Shown here: one piece after another, positions 50,405 through 60,123 of the stretch
Numbering within the stretch: position 1 is the stretch's first letter
Layout: the number at the start of each line of letters is the position of its first letter
Assembly (NCBI GenBank): GCA_963842885.1
Contig: CAWJIE010000003.1
Coordinates: forward strand, 512,459-576,458
DNA length: 64,000 nucleotides
Source: an uncultured Nitrososphaerota archaeon
Lineage (GTDB): Archaea; Thermoproteota; Nitrososphaeria; Conexivisphaerales; DTJL01
Reading direction: 5' to 3'
The notes under the pieces: model-generated
Databases searched by the model: none
Told to the model about the DNA's origin: nothing
What the model saw: only the letters and a program-made list of their open reading frames with translations
Position numbers and translations under genes: made by a program

Positions 50405-50570
50405 GGACCGGGCGGGCTCTAAACCTGAACGGGTTCAAGTCACTAAAATTGGATGTAAAATCTTCAAAGTAGAATTAAATTATTACTACTATGACTATAG
50501 TTTGTATACAAAACTTGTGTTATTCTCATACCCGTTTCATTGGGAGCCGCGTCAACCACCGCACGAGTCG
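50405..50570 (+). repeat. Element E copy 4
   Basis: acgggttcaagtc...acaaaac...ttattctcatacccgtttcattgggagccgcgtcaaccaccgcacgagtcg; arm spacing 107 bp; abuts a gene B fragment. Confidence 0.85.
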
Positions 50571-50630
50571 CGACGGTGTCCCTATCCTTGGGGTCTAGGG
50601 CCTCCTTCAGTTGCTTCATGACCCGGCCGG
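50571..50630 (-). repeat. Gene B near-3' fragment
   Basis: cgacggtgtccctatccttggggtctagggcctccttcagttgcttcatgacccggccgg. Confidence 0.88.
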
Positions 50631-50694
50631 GACAGGAACGCAGGATGAGAATCGCCGTCGCGGAAGCGCAATGAACCCTAGCAAGGCCCAGATC

Positions 50695-50988
50695 CTATTT
50701 CTCGAATCTGACGAGGAGAATGTACTTCTTCTTCCACCAATCGTAGTTTGTGATTCGGACAGTCTTCACCTGAGCTCTAAAGAAACCCTCGAAGCCCGTC
50801 ATGTCAGCTGTAAACAAATCACAATCATTCTTCTCGCAGAAGACCGCAATATCCTCGTCGCTCGCTCTCTCCGGTAGGGCGTCATCTCCTCCGACTTGGA
50901 ATGTTATTTGATAATCATCCGAGATTTCCTTCTTTCGTTCCTTTGCCCATTTCTCAATCCCCTTGTCGATAACTATATTTTTCGCCAA
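50695..50988 (-). CDS. PIN-like (DUF5615-type) protein
   Basis: IVIDKG...ASDEDIAVFCEKNDCDLFTAD..F. Confidence 0.6.
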   Translation of the reverse strand: MAKNIVIDKGIEKWAKERKKEISDDYQITFQVGGDDALPERASDEDIAVFCEKNDCDLFTADMTGFEGFFRAQVKTVRITNYDWWKKKYILLVRFEK

Positions 50989-51257
50989 GACATAGAACGA
51001 GGTTGTTCTACGGAGATTTATCGATTACGTCCACAATCTCCCTTCGGGTTCACCACTCGGGTTATCTAACTCAACTCCTCGATGAGAAACGCCCGGGCCG
51101 AGGTGCTATGAGCCATATATGGCCACAACCTCTTCTCGCAGCCCTTCAACCTGTATTCTTGGTTGGCTTCAAAATCTGAAGCTTGACTCGCGGCAGAAGA
51201 CTTTTCAGTTCGTTATATTGACTAATGGTCGACAAACTCGGAGCAGGTTTTTTGGAT

Positions 51258-51707
51258 TTGGGTACAAGGAACGCCGGGGACTTCAGCCAATTAACAAATC
51301 AATCTAGGGCCAATTCTCTGGGTTTGCGGATGATACAGTCAGCACTAACGTGGAACAAACCCTCTAGCATAGTCGTCAACACAGCTATAGACTTAGTGGC
51401 CTGGAACATACCAACTGTGGGCGTCCTTGTGGCGACCTACAAGGTCTCGAAAGTTCTGTATAAGATAGCGTCCAAGGCTGAGGAAGAGTATGGCAAGACT
51501 GGAGACGCTAACTCTGCTGCAACCGCTGCGACACAAGAAGTTGTAAAGAGTGCAGTAGACATGACACGGGGGGAAGCTATCAACACCGTCGTAGACGTTG
51601 GATGGACTGCAATCAAGAGTACCGCACATCTTCAAACAAACGAAGTGCAAGATAGAGTCTTGACCACGGCGGCTAAGAACACTCTCGATGAGGTCCTTCC
51701 AAAATGA
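51258..51707 (+). CDS. Hypothetical protein, possible QatB-like N-terminal half (starts MGTRNAG)
   Basis: In-frame TTG start inside ORF 51225-51707 gives M-G-T; operonic with the QueC-like gene. Confidence 0.6.
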   Translation: MGTRNAGDFSQLTNQSRANSLGLRMIQSALTWNKPSSIVVNTAIDLVAWNIPTVGVLVATYKVSKVLYKIASKAEEEYGKTGDANSAATAATQEVVKSAVDMTRGEAINTVVDVGWTAIKSTAHLQTNEVQDRVLTTAAKNTLDEVLPK

Positions 51708-51994
51708 ATACAGATGAGCTTGAGAAAGTAATGACCTTGAATTACAGTCAGGTTTTCCAGGAGATGCTCCTATCCGCCTTAAAGAGCCATCCGAAGTTGA
51801 CGCCTGATTATCTCTCCCAATCGGTTGCTCGTCAGAGAGAGATTGAAGAGGAAATAAAGGAGCGGTCAAGCAAAATGGCGGTTGCACTTGTCGGCAAACT
51901 GAAGGCGAAGGGCTACTTAGCTGACGAACCACCGGACGACGTATTGAAAGGTTTGATTCTAGCTATTATGCAAGAGTTCGGGGTGTCTCAATGA
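51704..51994 (+). CDS. Hypothetical helical protein
   Basis: ATGA overlaps with both neighbours. Confidence 0.75.
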   Translation: MNTDELEKVMTLNYSQVFQEMLLSALKSHPKLTPDYLSQSVARQREIEEEIKERSSKMAVALVGKLKAKGYLADEPPDDVLKGLILAIMQEFGVSQ

Positions 51995-53358
51995 GCAACA
52001 TCTGCGTTGCAAGGGACAGCGACATTAAGAGCGGATACGACTTCTTTCTGAGAACCTACTCTTCTGGAAAACAAAACGAAAGCAGAGTTTCTGTTAGTTT
52101 CCCAGACATGGATCCATACATTAGCAGCACTGACTTGGACCTCTGCTTTGTTGCCGCGGGGCTTTTTGAATATGAAAGCCTTCTCAGAAGGGAGGTTCTC
52201 CGTGGGGATGGGTCAATCACATTTGTCACTCATGACTCGACGGGGTTCGACAGCGACGGTGTGAGTTCGGCCCTCGAAGACCTTCTTTCGTTTACTATCA
52301 AGACCCGTCCCCGGGTGAAGATGATAGAGATGAAGAGCGACGCCCGAGCCTCGGTCAAGAAGTTCAAGAAGAAGAATTCTTGCACGTTGTTTTCAGGAGG
52401 CGTGGACAGCCTCTCGGGAATCACCAGAACAAATCAAAGCCTCGGGCCCACCTTTGGAATGTTCGTATCTCACGACCGGATGCTAAGCAGAGTGAACGCC
52501 ATAGAACAGACCTACTTGAAACCCCAGGGACTGCACATCCACAAGGCTTTGATTCAGAGGCCCCATACCGGGCTCCAACAGCTCAGAGGATTCGTATACC
52601 TTGTCTTTGGGGCTATCGCTGCTCGAGCTCATCAAACAGAGAATGTTGTGATTACAGAAACCGGTCAGACCATGTATCAACCTGAACTGACAGCGCTTGA
52701 TGAAGTAACAGTGACTACGCATCCTACGCTGATGCGCATAACGAAGAAACTTCTAAGGGAGATTTGTGGGAAGGACTTCCTCTTCTACGAACCATTCGAG
52801 AATTTGACGAAGGCGGAGGTTGTTTCCTTGTGCCAGAACAAACCAGGGATTCCATCGACCAATTCCTGCCGTACGACGCGATGGGCCAACTCGCCGATTT
52901 CCCATTGTGGTGATTGTTTTGGCTGTCTCATTCGGAAGGTTGCCTGTATAGTTGCTGGTGTAAAGGACGCTTCGTACGCCAAAGATGTGCTTATGATGGA
53001 CCTCGGAGAATCAGTTGAAGGAAGAAGGCCTAATGAAACTCTTAAAAAGGATGATTTAGTCGGGCTCCAGACCCTGCTCAGGTTCGCAAGAGACGATCTC
53101 GAAGACAAGCTCGACGACGTGGCAGCTTTCAAGATAAGATCGTTCGGGAAGGAGGAGCTTTACAATCGGGCGGCGCTTGATATCTTCGCCGCGCTTCATT
53201 TGTTGTACGGTAGAGATGGAAGTGGCAGGAACAAATGGGTCAGGGGTTTCTATGAGGAATGTAAACAGGATGGCGTAGTCAAGTCTGAAACGATAGAGAA
53301 TAGAATAGCCGAAGTTCGTAGTCAGAAATATGGGCCAAACTTCGCGTACAAGCTATGA
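51991..53358 (+). CDS. QueC-like PP-loop protein (QatC/Cap9-like defence clade)
   Basis: LFSGGVDS, ETG, TTHP, PF..LTKAEV, SC...HCGDCFGCLIR; 455 aa with N- and C-terminal extensions, unlike housekeeping QueC. Confidence 0.82.
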   Translation: MSNICVARDSDIKSGYDFFLRTYSSGKQNESRVSVSFPDMDPYISSTDLDLCFVAAGLFEYESLLRREVLRGDGSITFVTHDSTGFDSDGVSSALEDLLSFTIKTRPRVKMIEMKSDARASVKKFKKKNSCTLFSGGVDSLSGITRTNQSLGPTFGMFVSHDRMLSRVNAIEQTYLKPQGLHIHKALIQRPHTGLQQLRGFVYLVFGAIAARAHQTENVVITETGQTMYQPELTALDEVTVTTHPTLMRITKKLLREICGKDFLFYEPFENLTKAEVVSLCQNKPGIPSTNSCRTTRWANSPISHCGDCFGCLIRKVACIVAGVKDASYAKDVLMMDLGESVEGRRPNETLKKDDLVGLQTLLRFARDDLEDKLDDVAAFKIRSFGKEELYNRAALDIFAALHLLYGRDGSGRNKWVRGFYEECKQDGVVKSETIENRIAEVRSQKYGPNFAYKL

Positions 53359-53364
53359 CTCGAT

Positions 53365-54544
53365 TCATTGTTTCTTAAGGTATTCAGAAAACAGTGGATG
53401 AAACAAGGAGTATTTCCCCCTGCCATATCGCACTAGAAACTCTTTCCTTTCAAGCCTCGAGAGTAACACCGAGGCGCCGCTGAACCGCGGGAAATCGCTT
53501 GGTGAAACGAGTGAATCTTCGGTTTTTGCGATTTCGATCAGCAGTTCCCTTTCTCTCTCCGTGGCCGACCGCATCTTGTCAGCGAAGATAGTGTCAGCTA
53601 AGATGTCTCCGATGCCTAGGCCAGACCCTTTGAAAATCATTCTCCCCGATTGCTCCTGGTCCCCTAAATTGATTCATCATCTCGTACATGACGAGCATTA
53701 TGAGATACGGATGACCTACGGTCTTGCTTACGATCCTCCTGATGACGACATCCTCAACGGTGGTCTTACTGCCCACCAGTTGCAGCCTGACTTGGATAGC
53801 TTCCTTGGCTTCATCGAACGTAAAGGGTTCGAGTTTGTAACGCCTGAAGAACCTTAGAGTAGGCTCGGCCAATCCAGCAATTTCGGCAAACAACGATGAG
53901 GGCGCAGTAACAACCAATGAATAATTACATCTTCGGTTCACTAGTTCTTGGAAGGTTGTCTTCAGATTAAGGTAGGAGGAGTCCTCTGTCCTTATCGAAA
54001 AATAGTGAAGGTCATCAATGAGAACGAAAGCAATCCTCGCTCCTGATGGCTTAAGAGAATCATTCCAGAAGTCTTCGAGTGCCTTGGTGATGCTGGATTC
54101 TTCCTCTTCGGCCCTCCTACTGGCTCCAACGACACCTAGATTCAGATTGACATCCCATCTCCTAGCCTCTCCGGCAATCTTGGTTTTGTAAGTTGTGCTT
54201 GCCACAGTCCTTAACCTGCGTAGGAAATCTGTAGTGAATGCGTCCCAGTCTTTACCATACTGTGGTGACAATGGATAGTAGATGCAGGCACCACGCATTT
54301 CCTCCTTAAGATCTTCCAAGACTATCTGCCTGAACTTATACAGCAGAGATGTCTTTCCTTCTCCCGATGTTCCAAGTATGGCATAATTCACAGGAGTGGG
54401 GATTCGTAGCCTGGCGGAGTTAAGCGCCGTCGCCCTGAAATCGTCCAGGTATCTCTTCCTATCCGCAAAGTACTCTGGCTGGGCTGGATGCTGTGGGGAG
54501 AAGGGGTTGAGGCTATTATTTCTGTTATGATTGTTATTTGCCAA
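53365..54544 (-). CDS. AAA/STAND-like P-loop ATPase with C-terminal wHTH (frameshift ~53617)
   Basis: NPF...YFADR, GTSGEGKTSLL, VLIDD, GHPYLI; second frame ends LLSRLERKEFL..GRGKYSLFHPLFSEYL. Confidence 0.82.
54516..54539. repeat. 24-bp direct repeat copy (ttatttctgttatgattgttattt)
   Basis: One mismatch to 54684-54707. Confidence 0.85.
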
Positions 54545-54550
54545 CTCTCT

Positions 54551-54682
54551 CTACCTGTTAAGCCTGTACCGTTGGATTTTGGCGATTCCGTGGCAGGCCT
54601 TGTGAATCAAACGACCTCCGTAATACATCCCTTCCCCTTCGTAGACTTTCCTCCCACAAATGGCGCAGGTCTTGTAGCCCAC
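54551..54682 (-). CDS. 43-aa LIM-like zinc-finger protein (missed by the ORF track)
   Basis: MGYKTCAICGRKVYEGEGMYYGGRLIHKACHGIAKIQRYRLNR*; tttttaaaa box ~23 nt upstream. Confidence 0.7.
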   Translation of the reverse strand: MGYKTCAICGRKVYEGEGMYYGGRLIHKACHGIAKIQRYRLNR

Positions 54683-54683
54683 G

Positions 54684-54713
54684 TTATTTTTGTTATGATT
54701 GTTATTTTAAAAA
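54684..54713 (-). promoter_or_regulatory. TATA box plus 24-bp repeat (candidate operator)
   Basis: tttttaaaa-taacaatcataacaaaaataac-GTG on the minus strand. Confidence 0.6.
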
Positions 54714-54994
54714 CCTTGCCCATAGGTGGACTCGTTCAAGATAGCACAACTGTTCGAAAGGGCGAAGACATTCCGCTCGAACTGAGAGGTGAACTGAGTA
54801 TCTTACCCTGTTCTTCCGACTGTTGAATAATCGATTTCAGAATGTCTTGAAACATCCTAGCAAAACCTCCGTATTACCAAGAGTCTACTAGGAGCCGTCC
54901 AATGGGGGTCCGAATCGTCGGAACCCGCTAAGCTAGGCAAGACGCCTGATGTTCGACGCGCCTGACTCGAGGACCGTCAGGTTCTCCCTATCGT

Positions 54995-55204
54995 CTAGAC
55001 TTCGACGGTGTCCCTGTCCTTGGGGTCCAGGGCCTTCTTCAGCTGCTTCGTGACCCAGTCGGAGTTCTCTCCGTTCTTCAGCTCCCTGGCGGCCTCGTCC
55101 CTGGACAGCTTGTCGGCCCTCTTCTGCTCGGCCTCGTAGAGCGTGTGCATGTCCTTGTAGGCCACCCTCTTCCCCTTCGTGTCCTCCTCGACGACGGACG
55201 ACAT
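54995..55204 (-). CDS. Gene B, intact copy (69 aa)
   Basis: MSSVVEEDTKGKRVAYKDMHTLYEAEQKRADKLSRDEAARELKNGENSDWVTKQLKKALDPKDRDTVEV*; TTTAAG 25 nt upstream. Confidence 0.82.
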   Translation of the reverse strand: MSSVVEEDTKGKRVAYKDMHTLYEAEQKRADKLSRDEAARELKNGENSDWVTKQLKKALDPKDRDTVEV

Positions 55205-55404
55205 ACTATTCTTCAAGCTTGGGGCCTCCCTTAAAGGTGCACCTACCTTCTTTGTTGACAATCGGTCAACAGACATGATCGGTCGCCTTTCTCCTTCGGC
55301 CGAGGAGTTAACCCTATGTCAACCGAGTATCATATCTTGTTTCATTGACTATTCGGTAATCGGGCTCAGACTGCTAATAAGAGACATCCCCAACTAGCAA
55401 TAGT

Positions 55405-56544
55405 GTGCCGCCTACCAAGTTCGCAGTCAATTTCTCAGCTAGGCCGGCCGTGAAGATGCTGGGCAAGGTGCAGTTCGACCTTAAAGGCTATGATCCGCAC
55501 GACATCGGGCTGGCAATGCAAGACCTCTTTGTCAAGGATTCCGCCGGGGTTCCCTATCCGACAGGCATACAGGTCACCGTAGAGACTTGGGCAGAATCCA
55601 AGGATGAAGCGATAACCAAGGCCGCAGGCTGGGCAAGCGGCTCGGTTGCCATAATGTCATTCATCTCAGACATAGGGATGCCGTCATTTCGCCCGGAGAC
55701 GGCCTTTGACATTACGGCGCAGGCCGACAGCCGAGATTTCATCCAGTTCTTCTGGGATTTCCCCGTGGTGCCCACTTCCAACGGCACGCTGAAGGCCGAG
55801 CTTTTCTCATCTTGCTTTGGAAAGCTAGTAGATGCAGACACCAAGCATAGAGACCGGCTGCAACGTGCCATTGGCCGATACTCCAAAGCCCTAACGGAGC
55901 CAAACGTGATAGACCAGTTCAGCTCCCTTTGGATCGGCCTCGAAGCACTGAACGGACCGCTAAGAGAGAGGCTGAACGCTCCTGACGAAGTCACTAAATG
56001 CCCCAAATGCGGCTTCGAGCGCACCATCCCGACACTGAGCGGGGTGAAGGGGTTCCTGACTTCCGATACCTCGCTGGACGGGTCGGACCTCTTCGGCAGG
56101 GCGAGAAGCATCAGGGTAGATATCGAGCATAGCACCAAGAACTTGGAAGGTCTAGTTCCTGAGATTGCTGCGTTGGTTCCCGATCTGCGCAGAGAACTGC
56201 GGAAGGCGATCTTCTTTCTCTTGGAGCTCCCAATGCCTGAGCCCGAGAGGGCCGAGCCGATCACCAACGTGGCGCCCTTCCACACTGCCATTGAAGCAAA
56301 GATAGTGGGGGCGATAGACGTCGAAGCGTTGCGATCTGATTTCGGCGGCCCTCATTTGGAAGTCTCTGACGTCCAAGTGGAGTCTCATGTGGAAGGGGAT
56401 CAGACAGTCACTTTCTCAGTGCGCCCGACTTTGGTAGGTCGAGTGACGGATTCGGCCAGATTCGAGGTATATGCAACCAGGATGTATGGAGAAAAGGGGA
56501 AGATGAAGAGCGCCAAGTTCAGCGGTCCTATGACACCACCTTGA
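55405..56544 (+). CDS. HEPN-domain protein (ApeA/MauJ-like) with Zn-knuckle insert
   Basis: RAIGRYSKAL...QFSSLWIGLEAL, CPKC, Rx4H motif RVDIEH. Confidence 0.7.
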   Translation: MPPTKFAVNFSARPAVKMLGKVQFDLKGYDPHDIGLAMQDLFVKDSAGVPYPTGIQVTVETWAESKDEAITKAAGWASGSVAIMSFISDIGMPSFRPETAFDITAQADSRDFIQFFWDFPVVPTSNGTLKAELFSSCFGKLVDADTKHRDRLQRAIGRYSKALTEPNVIDQFSSLWIGLEALNGPLRERLNAPDEVTKCPKCGFERTIPTLSGVKGFLTSDTSLDGSDLFGRARSIRVDIEHSTKNLEGLVPEIAALVPDLRRELRKAIFFLLELPMPEPERAEPITNVAPFHTAIEAKIVGAIDVEALRSDFGGPHLEVSDVQVESHVEGDQTVTFSVRPTLVGRVTDSARFEVYATRMYGEKGKMKSAKFSGPMTPP

Positions 56545-56766
56545 TGCTCTTGCCCAGGGCTGGGTTGATCAGGCCGAAGCGGGAGAACATGTCAGGATGC
56601 CCGATGTCCCGCCATCCTGATGAGACCCTGTTTGCCCGATCCCTGGAGACTCACTCCCCCACTTAAATACGAAGAGGCCGTCTCCACACTTGAGCAAGCT
56701 TGCTGTCAGTCCCTTCGACAATACTTGTCGATGGCGCACGACCTATCCAAGAGTTGACTTTGTGAA

Positions 56767-59700
56767 ATGAAGATCGAAGACCTCAGGCCGGGAACGATAA
56801 TTATGGGACCGAAATGGCCCGAAAGAGTGGAGGTGAACAAGGCAGAGGACTTGGGAGGCTACGTTCGCATAATCGGCGCGCAGCTACCTTCGACCAGACA
56901 CGTTGATCAGATTCTTTCTGTTTCTGAATTACAGGAACTCAAACTGAGCGATTCTGCAACCAGTTTTCGGGCGGAGGCATGGAAGACGTTCCTGGCTCTC
57001 GAAGCCAAAAGGTACAGATTCGCCTCCCTGTACGACCCGCTTCTGGCGATGAATGTGTCGAAGGTCGAGCCTCTCCCCCATCAGATTGACGCGGTATACG
57101 GTCACATCCTGAAACTGCCCCGAATCAGGTTCCTCATCGCCGATGACCCGGGGGCTGGGAAGACGATAATGGCCGGCTTGATCATCAAGGAGCTCGAACT
57201 CAGGAACATCGCAAAGAGGTTCCTGATCGTAGTCCCCGGCCATCTGAAGGACCAGTGGATTCGTGAGCTCAAGGATAGGTTCGAGGACACATTCACCTAC
57301 GTCAGTCGCGGCTACATGAGCGCCAGCTATGGGGAGAACGTCTGGGAGAAGGAGAACCGGATCATCACTTCAATCGATTTCGCGAAGCGAAGCGAGATTC
57401 TTCCCTCACTCAGGGCTGCGCAATTTGACCTCATAGTAGTGGACGAAGCGCACAAGATGAGTGCCTACAGGTACGGCGACAAGACTAACAAGACGGATAG
57501 ATATTTGCTGGGCGAGGTGTTGTCTGAGATATCTGAGCACCTCCTGTTTCTTACCGCCACACCTCACCAAGGCGACCCGGAGAACTTCAGGCTCTTTATG
57601 GATCTGCTTGAACCAGGATTCTTCGCAGATGCGAAGATGCTCGCGGATTCGATAGCCGCGAAAGACAACCCTCTGATGATCAGGAGGATCAAGGAGGAGC
57701 TCAAAGACTTCGACGGAAAGCCCCTCTTCCTGCCTCGCCACGCTACGACGGTGGCGTTCGATCTTCTCGACAAGGAGAAGCTCCTGTACAACGGCGTATC
57801 GAAGTACGTGTATGAAGAGTACAACAAGGCCCTGGCCAAGGACAAGAGACGGAATGTGGCCTTCGCCCTCATCATACTCCAAAGACGTATCGCATCGAGT
57901 ACCTACGCGCTGTTGAAGTCCCTCACCAGGAGAAAGGCACGACTGGAAGCGTTGATCCAAGAATCGGACAGGAGGAAGGTGCAGAGCGAGATGCCAGCCT
58001 TCTTTGAATCCGACGAAGTGGAGGAGATGACGGAGGAAGAAAGATGGAAGGAAGAGGCGCTCTGGGAGACGCTGAGTGTCGCGGAGAATCGCGAGGAGCT
58101 GCGCAACGAAATCAGCATCATTGAAGGCCTGATCAAACAGTCAGAGGAGATAATCCTCGAAGAGGGTGAAATCAAGCTAAGACAGCTCAAGGAGACCATG
58201 AGTGCGCTTCAGAAGAAGTATCCCAACGAGAAGATACTCATCTTCACCGAATCAAAGGACACTCTCGACTACCTGGAAAAGAGGATTCGTTCATGGGGGT
58301 TCTCCGTCAACGTCATCCATGGTTCCATGAACCTCGAGGACAGGGTGAAAGCTGAAAGTGTCTTCAAGAACGAAACGCAGGTCTTGATCGCCACTGAAGC
58401 GGCGGGCGAAGGTATCAACCTGCAGTTCTGCCACCTGATGATAAACTATGACCTTCCCTGGAATCCCAACAGGCTGGAACAGAGAATGGGTAGGATTCAC
58501 AGGTACGGCCAGACGAAAGAGGTCTTCATCTTCAACATGGTGGCCGCCAACACCAGGGAAGGCAGGGTCATGGAGAAGATCCTGGAAAAGCTGGAAGAGA
58601 TAAGAAAAGCGATGCGAAGCGACAAGGTCTATGACGTCATCAGCGAAGTGTTCTACGGAAAGGACCTGTCACAGCTTCTCCTGGAGGCGGCTTCAAGCGC
58701 CAGGAACATCGACGACATCTTGAAGGATTTGGACATCCGTGTGGATGAAGAGTACGTCAAGAAGGTCAAGGAGAACCTGGGCGAAAGCCTGGCGACGAAG
58801 TACATCAACTTCACACACATCAAGGAGATGTCCGAGAAGGCACGAGAACAGAGGCTCATACCGGAGTATACGCAAGCTTTCTTCCTGAAGGCTTTCACCA
58901 AGGCCGGCGGAGTCGTCAGGCAAAGGGGTGATGGATTCCTTGCGATCGAATCGGTCCCCTACGCAATCAGAAGCATCGCGGAGGAATATACCTTCAGGAG
59001 GCAGTTCGGCCTGCTTGTGCGGGCCTATCCGAAGGCCACCTTCGACAAGGAGATAGCCTCGAAGAACAACGATGCAGAGTTCGTGTCTTTCGGTCATCCA
59101 CTTTTCGAATCCACACTGGAATGGGTCGAGACATCATTTGAGCCCGAGCTTGCAAAGGGTGCCGTATTCTGTGACCCGTCGGGGGCGCTGAATGGCTACA
59201 TCCTTTTCTTCGAGGGAGAGATCGCCGACGGGAACAGCAAGGTAGCAGGGAGGAGGTTGTTTGCCTATTTCGTCGGGGTGGACGGAAGCGTCAAAGCCGT
59301 CAGTCCAGCGATAATCTGGGACCTGGCCGAGGCCACCAGTTCCGACGTTGCGAGCGTCATCAACACGGACTCGATGAAAGAGCGGGTCTTCGGCGACATC
59401 ATAGGCCAGCTTGAATCGTACAAAGGGGAGATCGGCAAGGAGAGGGAAAGACAGGCCGAAATCAAACGGAAATATGGGCTTGAATCGCTCAAGAAGCTCA
59501 TAATCAAGTTGGATGGAGACCTGATTGAACTGGAAGCACGAAAGGGACGTGGAGACGAAGTAGACATAGTGATACGCAACAAGCAGGAACAGAAGAGGAA
59601 GTATGAGGACGCGGAAAGAGAGCTCAAAGATCAGATTGCAAAGGAGACGAACCTTACGATGGGCACTCCCAGATTCCTCGGTGTGATCCGTGTGAGGCCC

Positions 59701-60123
59701 AGCGAGCAAGTCGAGGCTGCAATGCAACGCGATGAAGAGGTCGAGAAAGTGGGGATGGAGTTGGCCATCAGCTTTGAGAAAGGACAGGGCAGGGTCCCTG
59801 AAGATGTCTCGGCGCAGAACCTGGGGTTTGACATACGATCAAGAGATGCTTCTGGAAGAGTTGTGAGATACATCGAAGTGAAGGCCCGGGCAAGCGTGGG
59901 AGCTGTGGCGCCTACTCCGAATGAATACTTCAAAGCTCACAGACTCGGACCTGATTACTACCTTTACGTTGTAATGAATACAGCGACTAGTCCACAGCTT
60001 TACATTGTCCAAGATCCTGCAGCGAGGCTCCTCCTCATGGAAAAGGTCGAAGTTGTAAGGTACATAGTGTCGGCGGAAGAGATACTAAGCAAGGCTGAGA
60101 AGGTTGGTTCTGTTGTCAACTGA
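56767..60123 (+). CDS. SNF2-family helicase with C-terminal DUF3883 nuclease-like domain
   Basis: [40 protein letters not shown]; GFDIRS...RYIEVKAR. Confidence 0.93.
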   Translation: MKIEDLRPGTIIMGPKWPERVEVNKAEDLGGYVRIIGAQLPSTRHVDQILSVSELQELKLSDSATSFRAEAWKTFLALEAKRYRFASLYDPLLAMNVSKVEPLPHQIDAVYGHILKLPRIRFLIADDPGAGKTIMAGLIIKELELRNIAKRFLIVVPGHLKDQWIRELKDRFEDTFTYVSRGYMSASYGENVWEKENRIITSIDFAKRSEILPSLRAAQFDLIVVDEAHKMSAYRYGDKTNKTDRYLLGEVLSEISEHLLFLTATPHQGDPENFRLFMDLLEPGFFADAKMLADSIAAKDNPLMIRRIKEELKDFDGKPLFLPRHATTVAFDLLDKEKLLYNGVSKYVYEEYNKALAKDKRRNVAFALIILQRRIASSTYALLKSLTRRKARLEALIQESDRRKVQSEMPAFFESDEVEEMTEEERWKEEALWETLSVAENREELRNEISIIEGLIKQSEEIILEEGEIKLRQLKETMSALQKKYPNEKILIFTESKDTLDYLEKRIRSWGFSVNVIHGSMNLEDRVKAESVFKNETQVLIATEAAGEGINLQFCHLMINYDLPWNPNRLEQRMGRIHRYGQTKEVFIFNMVAANTREGRVMEKILEKLEEIRKAMRSDKVYDVISEVFYGKDLSQLLLEAASSARNIDDILKDLDIRVDEEYVKKVKENLGESLATKYINFTHIKEMSEKAREQRLIPEYTQAFFLKAFTKAGGVVRQRGDGFLAIESVPYAIRSIAEEYTFRRQFGLLVRAYPKATFDKEIASKNNDAEFVSFGHPLFESTLEWVETSFEPELAKGAVFCDPSGALNGYILFFEGEIADGNSKVAGRRLFAYFVGVDGSVKAVSPAIIWDLAEATSSDVASVINTDSMKERVFGDIIGQLESYKGEIGKERERQAEIKRKYGLESLKKLIIKLDGDLIELEARKGRGDEVDIVIRNKQEQKRKYEDAERELKDQIAKETNLTMGTPRFLGVIRVRPSEQVEAAMQRDEEVEKVGMELAISFEKGQGRVPEDVSAQNLGFDIRSRDASGRVVRYIEVKARASVGAVAPTPNEYFKAHRLGPDYYLYVVMNTATSPQLYIVQDPAARLLLMEKVEVVRYIVSAEEILSKAEKVGSVVN

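Noticed and set aside
11065-50441. gggttcaagtc in element E as the T-arm of tRNA genes or tRNA-derived att sites
   Set aside because: The T-stem does not close properly, no acceptor stem or CCA follows, and no cloverleaf is evident
3351-55204. Gene B repeats as a CRISPR array or IS/MITE
   Set aside because: Spacing is kilobases and irregular, repeats are coding and variable in length, and there are no terminal inverted repeats, TSDs, cas or transposase genes
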